From Acidobacteriaceae bacterium (GTDB lineage: Bacteria; Acidobacteriota; Terriglobia; Terriglobales; Acidobacteriaceae), in NCBI GenBank assembly GCA_965199215.1, contig CBDAQY010000003.1:72070-136069 (forward strand): a stretch of DNA of 64,000 bases, in the 5' to 3' direction. Below the pieces are notes generated by a model. The model saw only the letters and a list, made by a program, of their open reading frames with translations, was not told the DNA's origin and made no database searches. Positions 45,530 to 54,863 of this stretch are shown here, one piece after another (within the stretch, counting starts at the first letter, position 1; each line of letters begins with the position of its first letter). The position numbers and the translations under genes are program-made.

Positions 45530-47602
45530 TCACACGCCTACCACTGTCCTCAGATCCACCGACATCCTCTCTCTCGCATCATCCTCACGCACCCTTGCAA
45601 TCTTCACCACGGTTATATCGTCCTCCTGCCCAAACGCCTTCGCCGCCTCCGCGATCTCCTGAACGCTCGGCCGCGACCGCATCAAAGCCTCGCACCGCTC
45701 GAACCCGAACAACTCCCCGGCTTCGTTCTGCGCCTCCAGCACCCCGTCCGTATACACCGACACCTCATCGCCTTCGGCGAGTGTAAACCGGCTCTCCGCA
45801 AACTCTGCGTCGTACGAAATCCCCAGCGGCAGCGAGCCTTCCATTTCCATCGCCTCGCCATTCAGGAAAGGCGCAAGATGCCCCGCGTTCGCCATCGTAA
45901 CTTCGCCGTTCGCGGTGATGTGAAGCACCAGGCAGGTCGAGAACCCTCCATTGGTCCGTCCCATCAGCCGCCTGTTCAGCCCGGCGAGGATCGTCATCGG
46001 ACTCGTCGTAATGTCCGCTAACGTTCTGACGCTGCCCACCATCAGCGAGACCGTCATCGCGGCCTTCAGCCCCTTGCCACTCACATCGGCGAGCACCACC
46101 GTCACGTCGCCCGCCTCTCCCGGAAGCACCTGGAACATGTCGCCGCCCACCTCGCCCGCAGGCCAGTAGAGGCTACCGATGGCAAACCCCGGCACTGCGG
46201 GCGTCTCCTCCGGCACCAGTACCCGCTGAATCTCCTGTGCCGAGCGGATCTCCGACTCGACAAAGAGTTGGCGTCGCCGCTCCCGCGCCTGCTCCCGGTA
46301 AACCGTCCACATCATCACCACCAGAAACACTGCTTGAAGCTCGGTATTCAGTGTCAAGAGATAGGGTCCAACTTGAGTGTTGGTCGCCGCCACAATCGTG
46401 AGTAATCGAATGCTGATTGTCGTAGGTAGCTGCTGGATAGCGTGGAAGATCAGGAGATAAGCCTCGAGCACCGCGCACACGAGCACTGCCGGCAGCAGGG
46501 CCAGGTCTCGTCGTCGGCGCATCCCTGCCGCCAGCAGCACAAAGAGATACGCAGGAAGTGCGCTATAGGTCCCAGTCACTAACGGTTCAAGACGCTGAAG
46601 AGGCGGCCAGCCCGATTCCCAGTGCCAGACGATAACCGCGTCGATAGCGTAGAGGGTAAGCAGGAGTGCTGCCAGTGTCCCTGTCGTCCTTCGCCAGACT
46701 TGTTCGCGATCGAGCCCGAAAAGCGTTTGAATCACCATCCAGATTCCTACGTCTTTCGCAAGACTGATGATGGCCAGGTAGAGATAAGCTGGCGGTGTAA
46801 AAAGGATGCGATTGACGGCTGGCAGCACGAATATGTTTGAATACCCAACCTGCCCGATCAGGAAGATGCCTAGCCAGAGTTGCAACCTGTTCCTTCGGTC
46901 GAAGACCCACAGCGCAATTGCGACGAAGCCGGTCAACAACAGGATCGTACCTTCGATGATCCGAATCAATCCGCGGCGTTCCTGCTTGTCTTCTGTGAGC
47001 GCCAACCTGTCCCGGAGCACCTGACTCTCGCCGATCTGCGGCGGCGCGTTCAGCCCGCCGCTGTCGAACGAATCGCTCGAACCGGGCATCTCATTCCAGA
47101 CCCTGATCGCGAGCACGCCCTCCAGAACACCGTTCAGCCGTCCGTCTTTCCCTGACCCCGGTCCTGCCCTTGGATCGAAGAGCGTGAAGACGTTGCTGAC
47201 GGGATACGGCGTCCACTCCGCGTGCGGCGGCAGTCTCCCAAAGCTGCCGATGCGCTGCCCGTTCCAGAAGACTTCATACGCGTCGTCCACCTGTGGCACA
47301 TAGATGGAAACCGGTCCGCTCAGTCCACCGATCTCTACTGCCCGCCGGTACCAGGCAAACCCCGGGTACCCCGGGTGCCCCTGCACTCCCCACGGCTTGT
47401 CCGCCGAAATCTTCTCCCATTTCGCGTCATCGAATGCCGGATTCGCCCACCCCAAATCGTCGCCGGTATGGAACTGCCAGTTCCCCGTCATCGTCACCGA
47501 GCTCTGACCCAGCGCAGCTTTGAACACCTGTGCCCACGCGCTTGAAGCTGATACCGCAAGCAAACAGCAGCCGATCAGCAGTAAGCGACTCAGACGCTTC
47601 AT
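45530..47602 (-). CDS. 7TM-DISM-type receptor fused to a PP2C (SpoIIE-like) phosphatase
   Basis: Signal peptide, a periplasmic jelly-roll-like domain, about 7 TM segments and C-terminal GGDMF...DVSGKG...TDG PP2C blocks. Confidence 0.8.
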   Translation of the reverse strand: MKRLSRLLLIGCCLLAVSASSAWAQVFKAALGQSSVTMTGNWQFHTGDDLGWANPAFDDAKWEKISADKPWGVQGHPGYPGFAWYRRAVEIGGLSGPVSIYVPQVDDAYEVFWNGQRIGSFGRLPPHAEWTPYPVSNVFTLFDPRAGPGSGKDGRLNGVLEGVLAIRVWNEMPGSSDSFDSGGLNAPPQIGESQVLRDRLALTEDKQERRGLIRIIEGTILLLTGFVAIALWVFDRRNRLQLWLGIFLIGQVGYSNIFVLPAVNRILFTPPAYLYLAIISLAKDVGIWMVIQTLFGLDREQVWRRTTGTLAALLLTLYAIDAVIVWHWESGWPPLQRLEPLVTGTYSALPAYLFVLLAAGMRRRRDLALLPAVLVCAVLEAYLLIFHAIQQLPTTISIRLLTIVAATNTQVGPYLLTLNTELQAVFLVVMMWTVYREQARERRRQLFVESEIRSAQEIQRVLVPEETPAVPGFAIGSLYWPAGEVGGDMFQVLPGEAGDVTVVLADVSGKGLKAAMTVSLMVGSVRTLADITTSPMTILAGLNRRLMGRTNGGFSTCLVLHITANGEVTMANAGHLAPFLNGEAMEMEGSLPLGISYDAEFAESRFTLAEGDEVSVYTDGVLEAQNEAGELFGFERCEALMRSRPSVQEIAEAAKAFGQEDDITVVKIARVREDDARERMSVDLRTVVGV

Positions 47603-47744
47603 TCAAAAGCCCCTCTTGAGCGAAGTTGCGAAGATGTCCGGGATAACCCTCCGAGAATACGTCTCTCCCGGCCTCCCATCCAAACTATTTCGCCTCATTT
47701 GCGAATCCCCGCCGAACTCTCCGTGCCCCATCCATCGCGTCTCT

Positions 47745-47776
47745 ATCCTTCGCGAGGGCTAGGATGTAAACCTCCC
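47745..47776 (+). repeat. motif family D, divergent copy
   Basis: atccttcgcgagggctaggatgtaaacctccc, 143 bp upstream of yidC. Confidence 0.4.
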
Positions 47777-47918
47777 CCGCAGCTACCTTCGTCTTCGCTT
47801 CCCACACCAACTACCCACACCATTTACCATTGGAGGTGGTGTCAGAAGCGCCCAGACTCACCGGTCCATGCATCCAGCGCTTCCCATGACCGAGAACTGA
47901 CAAAGAATAGGAAGTCCC

Positions 47919-49739
47919 GTGGCAGAGTTTACAAACCCGAATCAACCCGGCGCCTCAGGCGGCATGGGTGGTGGCGACAACAAGTCCCTGATCCTCATGA
48001 TGATCGTCATGGTCGGCGTCTTCTTCGGCCTCCAGTTCTATCGCTCGAAGACCACCCAGCCGACCGTCATCTCGAAGCCCTCGCAATCGGCAACCCAGCC
48101 CGCGGCCCCCGCGCTTCCTCAGCCGATGCAAGCCGCCGATCCGGCATCTTCAGCAGCTCCATCAGCAATTCCCGCCATCCAGGCCACTGCCGACTCCACC
48201 ACCGTCGTCGAGAACGAGCTCTACCGCATTACCTTCTCGAACCGCGGCGGCTCCGTTCTCAGCTGGATCCTCAAGAGCCAGAAGGACGCCGATGGCAAAC
48301 CCCTTGACCTCGTCCACGCCCAGTCCGCCGCCGCCTTCGGTCACCCGCTCTCGCTCTATACCTACGACGCCGCGACCACCGCCGCCGTCAATCAAGCGCT
48401 CTACCTGCCATCCGCCACCGGAGCACTCGCGGCTCCCGGCAGCCTCACCTTCCGTTACGCCGCGAACGGTCTAGAAGTCACCAAGACCTTCACCTTCGAC
48501 GAGACCTACCTGATCCACGCTGATGTCCTCGTCACCCGCAACGGCGTCCCCGTCCGTTCGCTCATCTCCTGGCCCGGCGGCTTCGGCGATGAAGACAACG
48601 CACTCGCCTACAACAGCGCCCAGCTCGACACCATGCGCGACAGCAAGGAAGAGCACGTCGCCCCCAAGAAGATCTCAAATGGCGATACCCTCAACGGTCC
48701 TTTCGAGTGGGTCGGCGTCAGCGACATGTACTTCGCTACCATCTTCCTTCCCGATTCGCCCTTGACCGCAACAGTCGCCACGCTCTCGAACCAGATCGAC
48801 GTTCAGAAGACCATCAAGAAGAGTTCCCTCGGCTTCGGCTCCTCATCGAACAAGCCGATCCTTGTTCCCGTAGTCGGCGCAGCTCTCGGCGACACCAGCG
48901 GCCACACCCGGACCCGCATCTACGCCGGCCCCAAGCTCGTCAACGTGCTCCGCGGTATTCATCCCACCGGCACCACCGCGTCCCTCGAGCCGCTCCTCGA
49001 CTTCGGTTTCTTCGGCCCCATCGGCAAATACCTCTTCCTCGCCCTGCAGTTCATCCACTCGCATGTCACGCTCAGTTGGGCCGGATCATGGGGATGGGCA
49101 ATTGTCTTCCTCACTATCGCCATCAACCTCCTGATACTCCCTCTTCGCGTCAAGACCATGCAGAGCGGCCTGAAGATGCAGCGCATTCAGCCCCAGATGG
49201 ACGCCATCAAGGCTCGGTACGCCAAGTACAAGGTCACCGACCCCAAGCGCAACGACATGAACGCCGAGATCATGAAGCTTCAAAAGGACAACGGCGTCAA
49301 CATGTTCGGCGGCTGTATCCCCACCCTGATCCAGATGCCGCTGCTCTTCGCCTTCTTTGGAATGCTCCCTAAGGTCGTCGAACTACGCCATGCCAGCTGG
49401 TTCTGGCTCCCCGACCTCACCTCAGCCGACCCGTACCACATCCTGCCCATCATCATGGTGGTGAGCCAGTTCCTCGTCCAGTTCTACACACCCTCGCCCG
49501 GCGTCGACCCACAACAGCAGAAAATGATGGCCTTCATGATGCCCGCCTTCTCCGGCTACATGACCTGGAACTACGCCTCCGGCCTCGCTCTCTACTGGTC
49601 AGTCGGCAATCTCATCGGCATTGCCCAGCAGGCGATCATGAACCGCACCAGCCTCGGCCGCGAAATGCGCGAGATCGCCGCCAAGCGCGCACGTCGCAAG
49701 ACCGGCGCTGCTGCAACCACCATCCAAGGCCGCCGATAG
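47919..49739 (+). CDS. yidC: membrane protein insertase YidC
   Basis: Large periplasmic P1 domain, then WGWAIVFLTIAINLLILPL, MQRIQPQM, GCIPTLIQMPLLFAFF and YWSVGNLIGIAQQ. GTG start. Confidence 0.9.
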   Translation: MAEFTNPNQPGASGGMGGGDNKSLILMMIVMVGVFFGLQFYRSKTTQPTVISKPSQSATQPAAPALPQPMQAADPASSAAPSAIPAIQATADSTTVVENELYRITFSNRGGSVLSWILKSQKDADGKPLDLVHAQSAAAFGHPLSLYTYDAATTAAVNQALYLPSATGALAAPGSLTFRYAANGLEVTKTFTFDETYLIHADVLVTRNGVPVRSLISWPGGFGDEDNALAYNSAQLDTMRDSKEEHVAPKKISNGDTLNGPFEWVGVSDMYFATIFLPDSPLTATVATLSNQIDVQKTIKKSSLGFGSSSNKPILVPVVGAALGDTSGHTRTRIYAGPKLVNVLRGIHPTGTTASLEPLLDFGFFGPIGKYLFLALQFIHSHVTLSWAGSWGWAIVFLTIAINLLILPLRVKTMQSGLKMQRIQPQMDAIKARYAKYKVTDPKRNDMNAEIMKLQKDNGVNMFGGCIPTLIQMPLLFAFFGMLPKVVELRHASWFWLPDLTSADPYHILPIIMVVSQFLVQFYTPSPGVDPQQQKMMAFMMPAFSGYMTWNYASGLALYWSVGNLIGIAQQAIMNRTSLGREMREIAAKRARRKTGAAATTIQGRR

Positions 49740-49795
49740 CACCCTTACCAATCGGAGAATCTCGCGATCTTCTGCAAAGGCAGGCGCTCTAATTG

Positions 49796-49824
49796 TTGAT
49801 TAAGTAAAACTAAGGGTATATGTT
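49796..49824 (+). promoter_or_regulatory. sigma70-like promoter candidate upstream of jag
   Basis: TTGATT-17 nt-TATGTT inside the only AT-rich patch of the yidC-jag spacer. Confidence 0.3.
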
Positions 49825-49920
49825 TTGCGTCAGCATCAAATCGCCGCGTGTAGCAGGAAGGGAGACGCCAGCAACTTGACGAACTCCTGACCAAGCTCCA
49901 GCGGCTAAGGGGCACCACTC

Positions 49921-50418
49921 ATGACGAACCTGACGCACGCCCGTCAAAAACTTGCGGCATTTGTAGAGCTACTGCAAACACCCGGATGTCTCGAACTCAC
50001 CGCACAGATGAAGCACCTCTCGTCTGACGGCAGCCCGGTTCGTCCTGAGATCACGGTTGAATTTAAAGGCCCCGATACCTCGCTCCTCACCGCCCGAAAC
50101 GGCGAACTGCTCCATGCCATCGAGCACCTTGCCGCAAAGATCCTGGGCCTGGAATCTGACGAGCATGACCGCATCTCCTTCGATGCGGTCAGCTTCAAGG
50201 CCACCCGTGACCGGGAACTCGCGAAGCTGGCGAACACTGCCATCGTCAAAGTCCGCACCTCTGCGAGCGCCTACGTCTTCCCACCCATGATGTCTCGCGA
50301 GCGACGGTTGCTCCATCTCGCCCTCGCGCACTCCGGGCTCAAATCCGCCAGCACAGGTGAACCCTCCCGCCGCTCCGTCGTTCTCTACCCCGAAGGCGTT
50401 CTGCCCCCGACCGGCTAA
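49921..50418 (+). CDS. jag: Jag/KhpB-like KH plus R3H RNA-binding protein
   Basis: Position after yidC. The C-terminal R3H-like block is MSRERRLLHLALAHSGLKSASTGE. Confidence 0.75.
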   Translation: MTNLTHARQKLAAFVELLQTPGCLELTAQMKHLSSDGSPVRPEITVEFKGPDTSLLTARNGELLHAIEHLAAKILGLESDEHDRISFDAVSFKATRDRELAKLANTAIVKVRTSASAYVFPPMMSRERRLLHLALAHSGLKSASTGEPSRRSVVLYPEGVLPPTG

Positions 50419-50477
50419 CCGCTAAGGGAGGATCTGCTCTTCTCCTCCGCGCCTTATTCGCCGCGAGACAAACTACC

Positions 50478-51404
50478 TCAAGCCAGCAGCAGAATCTTCC
50501 CCAACCCGCCTTTCTCCGCTGCCGCATGCCCTTCACCCGCGTCTTCCATCGCAATCATCCGATCGATGGGAATCTTCAGCCTTCCCGCCACAACATCGTC
50601 TGCCAACTCCCGCAGCTTCGCCGCATTTGGCTCCGTCATGACCCGGACTGCCTTCACCGTCGGGTTCAGCTTCGCATTCTCCGGGACGCCAACGACTGAG
50701 GCAAACACGCCACCCTGCTTCACCTTGCCGAGCAGCATCTCCGCCGTCTCGCCGCCAACCGTGTCCGCAACCGCATCGATAAACCCCAGCTTCGCCATCG
50801 CATCTTTGTCATCGAGCGCGAGCACCTGGTCCGCCCCAAGCTTCGCCGCCTCCTCAACCTGAGATTGTCTGACGCCCGCAATCACGGTTGCTCCCAGCTT
50901 CTTGGCTGCCCAAACCGCAGACCGGCCCACCGCTCCTCCGGCACCCGACACCAGCACCGTAACTCCCTCTTTCACATCCAGCGCTGACCCAACCCCATGA
51001 GAGATGACATACTCACCCGTCAGCACCACCAGAGGCAACGCCGCCGCCTCCACCAGATCGAGCCCTTCCGGAACCAGGGCCAGATCCGAAGCCTTCACTC
51101 CTGCTAACTCGGCATAGGCCGCATGCCCCAGCGCCATCACCTTATCGCCCGGTTCGAAACCGGTCACACCCTCGCCCAGCTCCCTCACTGTTCCGGAAAT
51201 GTCCCGACCCAGGATCCCCGGAAACTGAACCGGAAACCTCTCCCTCGCCGCCCCGCTGCGCATCTTCCAGTCGACAGGATTGACGCTGCTCGCCGCCACG
51301 CGGACCAGGACCTCTCCTGGCCCCGCCACCGGATCATCAAAATCCTCATACTTCAGCTTCGACGGCCCACCATACTCATGCAACACGACAGCCTTCATGC
51401 TCAC
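50478..51404 (-). CDS. NADP-dependent MDR-family oxidoreductase
   Basis: MKAVVLHEYGGP, VRVAASSVNPVDWK and VSGAGGAVGRSAV. Confidence 0.85.
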   Translation of the reverse strand: MSMKAVVLHEYGGPSKLKYEDFDDPVAGPGEVLVRVAASSVNPVDWKMRSGAARERFPVQFPGILGRDISGTVRELGEGVTGFEPGDKVMALGHAAYAELAGVKASDLALVPEGLDLVEAAALPLVVLTGEYVISHGVGSALDVKEGVTVLVSGAGGAVGRSAVWAAKKLGATVIAGVRQSQVEEAAKLGADQVLALDDKDAMAKLGFIDAVADTVGGETAEMLLGKVKQGGVFASVVGVPENAKLNPTVKAVRVMTEPNAAKLRELADDVVAGRLKIPIDRMIAMEDAGEGHAAAEKGGLGKILLLA

Positions 51405-51510
51405 ACCTCACACCCTGAGATGCCTCCTCGCCAAGCCGAGTACTTTTGCTTCCCTCCGCCCACTGAGAGACGATGCCGACGGGATAGCGGCGGTAGACGC
51501 AGAGTCGAAA

Positions 51511-51550
51511 GTGTCCTCCTGAGCGAGCGCAGCGAGTCGAAGGACCGGTG
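51511..51550 (+). repeat. repeat family B, minimal unit
   Basis: gtgtcctcctgagcgagcgcagcgagtcgaaggaccggtg. Confidence 0.75.
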
Positions 51551-51581
51551 TTTTACATCCTCTGCAAAACCGTTGCAGTTT

Positions 51582-52094
51582 CTAAGGAGTCAGATACTCC
51601 CGCCAGCCATCCCCTTCAGCGAGCCTCTTCAACAAGGCAAACCTTCTCCGCAGTAAACCGCGGATATGCGGAACCATCACCACTCGCCCGACCATCTCCC
51701 CCGCCCACCCGAGCGGCATCGAAAATCGCAGCTCATCTTCGAGTCTTGTTCTTCCTGCAACGACCGTGAAGTGATGATCATGCTGAAACGTCGCGAACCT
51801 TCCTCGCCCCATCGTGTCCTGGAAGAACCCCGCATCCCCGTCTTTTGGATTCCGATAGCCTGTGATCAAAGTCTCATGCATCTGCGGCAAACCGAACTTC
51901 CACCCCCGCCACAGCAGCTGGTCCCCCGCCAGGATTATTCCACCAAGCTTTCCCTCGACCGGCCGCATCCCCAGCGTCAACCCCACCACTTCGATACTCG
52001 TCGACAGCCGGAAGCATCGCTCAATCGGCGCATCGATTACGACGCTATCCCGCAGCGTAAACGTTCTGCCTACTCCAAACATCGCCATTCCCAT
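51582..52094 (-). CDS. SRPBCC (cyclase/dehydrase-like) family protein
   Basis: The size and VIDAPIERCFRLS...FQHDHHF pattern are typical of SRPBCC/COG4276 proteins. Confidence 0.65.
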   Translation of the reverse strand: MGMAMFGVGRTFTLRDSVVIDAPIERCFRLSTSIEVVGLTLGMRPVEGKLGGIILAGDQLLWRGWKFGLPQMHETLITGYRNPKDGDAGFFQDTMGRGRFATFQHDHHFTVVAGRTRLEDELRFSMPLGWAGEMVGRVVMVPHIRGLLRRRFALLKRLAEGDGWREYLTP

Positions 52095-52122
52095 GACCCA
52101 AAGGGCTGACCCCCCTAAGAAA

Positions 52123-52186
52123 GTGTTATCCTGAGCGTAGTCTCTCGCTGGAATTATCGCGAGAGACGCAGTCGAAGGATCTGCGG
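52123..52186 (+). repeat. repeat family B
   Basis: Head gtgttatcctgagcg, hairpin gtctctcgc..gcgagagac, tail gcagtcgaaggatctgcgg. Confidence 0.85.
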
Positions 52187-52211
52187 TTCCGTTCGTCCTG
52201 TCGAAACCGCG

Positions 52212-52568
52212 TCAGGTAAGCTTCGCCAGCGCCTCAGCATCCGCATGACACCGCGCACATACCAGGCTCGTATTCTCGACCGTATACCCCTCAATCGCTC
52301 GCGCCCGATGCAGCTCCGCACCATTCTCCGGCAGCGGCTCCTTACACGAAGCACAAAGCCCGGATTGACTTCCCCGCTTCTGCGCCTTCAACTTCTTGCG
52401 ATGTGTCGGCGTCCCCCGCTCATCGAACTCCAGCCGCTTCCCGATATACCGCTTCATCTGAAACCGCAGCAGCTCGTTCCCTGCCGCAGCCGCATCGATC
52501 TTCACCCGCAACTCCGCCAGCAGCGCCTTCGCCTTCTCCCGATCCTCCTCAGAAAGCTCCGGCATCAT
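52212..52568 (-). CDS. small HNH-like zinc-finger protein
   Basis: C-terminal CASCKEPLPENGAELHRARAIEGYTVENTSLVCARCH has CxxC...H...N...CxxCH spacing. GGAGGA RBS precedes ATGATG. Confidence 0.45.
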   Translation of the reverse strand: MMPELSEEDREKAKALLAELRVKIDAAAAGNELLRFQMKRYIGKRLEFDERGTPTHRKKLKAQKRGSQSGLCASCKEPLPENGAELHRARAIEGYTVENTSLVCARCHADAEALAKLT

Positions 52569-52612
52569 TGTCCTCCGACAATCACAAATGCTCGGGTACG
52601 TCATCCATCGCG

Positions 52613-52649
52613 CTCTTGCTTCGGCGATGGGTGGGAGCTAAACCGCTCG
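52613..52649 (+). repeat. motif family D
   Basis: ctcttgcttcggcgatgggtgggagctaaaccgctcg, in the thrS/HNH-like spacer. Confidence 0.6.
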
Positions 52650-52653
52650 ATAT

Positions 52654-54738
52654 CTACAGCACCGCCGACTTCCCCTTCACCAACCCAGCCGCCCGGTCCA
52701 CAAATGCCTCTAACGAAACCCCACCCTCATCGCCCTTACCCCGCGTCCTCACGCTGACGCTCTCGCTCGCCGCTTCTTTGTCCCCCATGATCAGCACAAA
52801 CGGCACCTTCTGCAGCATGAACTCGCGAATCTTCGCATTCATCTTCTCGTTCCGAGCGTCGAGCTCCACCCGCAGCCCCGCAGCCTCTAAGCGGCTCTTC
52901 ACCTGCGAAGCGTACTCAAGGTGCTTATCCGAAGAGATCGGCACCAACCCAATCTGCACCGGTGCAAGCCACATCGGAAACGCACCCGCATAGTGCTCGA
53001 TCAGCACGCCGAAGAACCGCTCGACCGACCCAAACAGCGCCCGATGCACCATCACCGGCTGATGCATCTCGCCGTCTTCGCCCTTGTACTCAAGCCCGAA
53101 TCGCGCGGGCAGATTGAAATCAAATTGCACCGTCGAAAGCTGCCACAACCGCCCCAGCACATCGACCAGCTTGATATCAATCTTCGGCCCATAGAATGCG
53201 CCTTCTCCCGGTATCGCTTTGAACGAAACCCCGCGCTTCGTCAGCGTCTGCTTCAGCGTCGCTTCCGCCTTCTCCCAGTCGGCCTCGCTGCCGACGAACT
53301 CGCCAGCCTTCTTCGGATCGTGCAGCGACAGTTCAACCCGGTACTCCTCAAACCCAAACGTCTTCAGCACCGCCTCGGCAAAGTCGAGACAAGCCTCTAT
53401 TTCACTGTCGATCTGTGCGGGCGTACAAAAGATATGCGCATCGTCCTGGGTAAATCCACGCACCCGCAGCAGTCCATGCATCGTTCCCGACCGCTCATAC
53501 CGATACACATTTCCCAGCTCCGCATACCGCACCGGCAGATCGCGATAGCTCTTCGGCGAGTTCTTATAAATCAAAATGTGCCCGGGGCAGTTCATCGGCT
53601 TCAGCCGGTACTCGGCATCGTCCAGCTCCATCGGCGGATACATATTCTCCGCATAGAACCCCTCGTGCCCCGAGATCTTCCACAGCTCCCGCCGCATGAT
53701 GTGTGGCGTGTAGACCATCTCGTACCCGCGCCGAATGCACTCATCGCGCATCCAGTCTTCCATCGTCTTGCGGATCAGACCGCCCTTCGGATGCCAGAAG
53801 ATCAGCCCCGATCCCGCTACCTCCTGGATCGAAAACAGATCGAGCTGCTTACCCAGCACGCGATGATCGCGCGCCTTGATCTCCTCAAGCCGCTTGAAGT
53901 GCGCGTCCAAATCCTTGGCATTGAAAAAGGCAGTCCCATAGATCCGCTGCAGTTGCTGGTTCTTCTCATCGCCCAGCCAGTAAGCCCCCGCAACCGAGGT
54001 CACCTTGAACGCCTTTACCCGTCCCGTCGAAGGAACATGCGGCCCCCTGCAGAAGTCCGTAAACCCACCATTCTTGTAAAGTGAAATCTCGTCACCCGGC
54101 TTGGTAAACCGTTCAATGAAGTGGACTTTCATGAACTCGCCCTGAGCCTCATAATCCGAGAGCCCTTTCTCGCGAGTCTCTTCCTCCCGGACGAACTTTT
54201 CATCCCGCGCCACCACCTCGGCCATCCTCGCCTCGATGGCCGCGAGATCAGCATCGGAAAACGGCGTCTCCCGATAAACGTCATAGAAGAACCCCGCATC
54301 CGTCGCCGGCCCATGCCCCAGCTTGGTCTCCGGAAACAGTTCGAGAATCGCCGTCGCCATCACATGCGCCGCCGAGTGCCGCACCACTCTCAGCGCGGCC
54401 TCGTCATTCTCCTTCAGCAACTCCAGCGCAACATCCTCATTCAGCGGCGCCCCCAGATCCACCAGCCTCTCGCCGGCCTCTTGATGGACCCCATACATCG
54501 ACTCCTCCGCCGAATCCGGGTGCCCCATATCTCGATTCTGAGATGTGGGGTCTTCACCCTCACCCTCATCGGTCTTCTTCAGCGGCTTCACCCGAGCCAC
54601 CACGACCGCCGCCGCCAACCTCGGCGAGATACTCATCGCCACGTCCAGCGGAGTCGTTCCCTTCGCCACCTCGCGCACCGAACCATCCGGCAACTGCACT
54701 CGAATCATCTGCGCCGTCTCAACCATCAGCTCACTCAT
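52654..54738 (-). CDS. thrS: threonine--tRNA ligase (with an insertion in the TGS domain)
   Basis: TGS N-terminus, HSAAHVMA editing-domain motif, class II motifs (FRRE-like HIMRRELW, GFTQDDAHIF, GAFYGPKID) and an anticodon-binding C-terminus. Confidence 0.93.
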   Translation of the reverse strand: MSELMVETAQMIRVQLPDGSVREVAKGTTPLDVAMSISPRLAAAVVVARVKPLKKTDEGEGEDPTSQNRDMGHPDSAEESMYGVHQEAGERLVDLGAPLNEDVALELLKENDEAALRVVRHSAAHVMATAILELFPETKLGHGPATDAGFFYDVYRETPFSDADLAAIEARMAEVVARDEKFVREEETREKGLSDYEAQGEFMKVHFIERFTKPGDEISLYKNGGFTDFCRGPHVPSTGRVKAFKVTSVAGAYWLGDEKNQQLQRIYGTAFFNAKDLDAHFKRLEEIKARDHRVLGKQLDLFSIQEVAGSGLIFWHPKGGLIRKTMEDWMRDECIRRGYEMVYTPHIMRRELWKISGHEGFYAENMYPPMELDDAEYRLKPMNCPGHILIYKNSPKSYRDLPVRYAELGNVYRYERSGTMHGLLRVRGFTQDDAHIFCTPAQIDSEIEACLDFAEAVLKTFGFEEYRVELSLHDPKKAGEFVGSEADWEKAEATLKQTLTKRGVSFKAIPGEGAFYGPKIDIKLVDVLGRLWQLSTVQFDFNLPARFGLEYKGEDGEMHQPVMVHRALFGSVERFFGVLIEHYAGAFPMWLAPVQIGLVPISSDKHLEYASQVKSRLEAAGLRVELDARNEKMNAKIREFMLQKVPFVLIMGDKEAASESVSVRTRGKGDEGGVSLEAFVDRAAGLVKGKSAVL
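54518..54552 (+). repeat. repeat family C inside the thrS coding sequence
   Basis: ccccatatctc-gattct-gagatgtgggg, translated on the minus strand as PTSQNRDMGHP. Confidence 0.85.
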
Positions 54739-54799
54739 AAGCTCTTCTATCCCTCACAAACTCGTCGATCAAATCGGTGTCATCCAGAACCCTGAACCC

Positions 54800-54863
54800 G
54801 TGTCATCCCGAGCGGCGTAGTTCGCTCGCCTTCTCGCGAACTACGCAGTTGAAGGATCTCCGG
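54800..54863 (+). repeat. repeat family B
   Basis: Head gtgtcatcccgagcgg, hairpin cgtagttcgc..gcgaactacg, tail cagttgaaggatctccgg. Confidence 0.85.
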
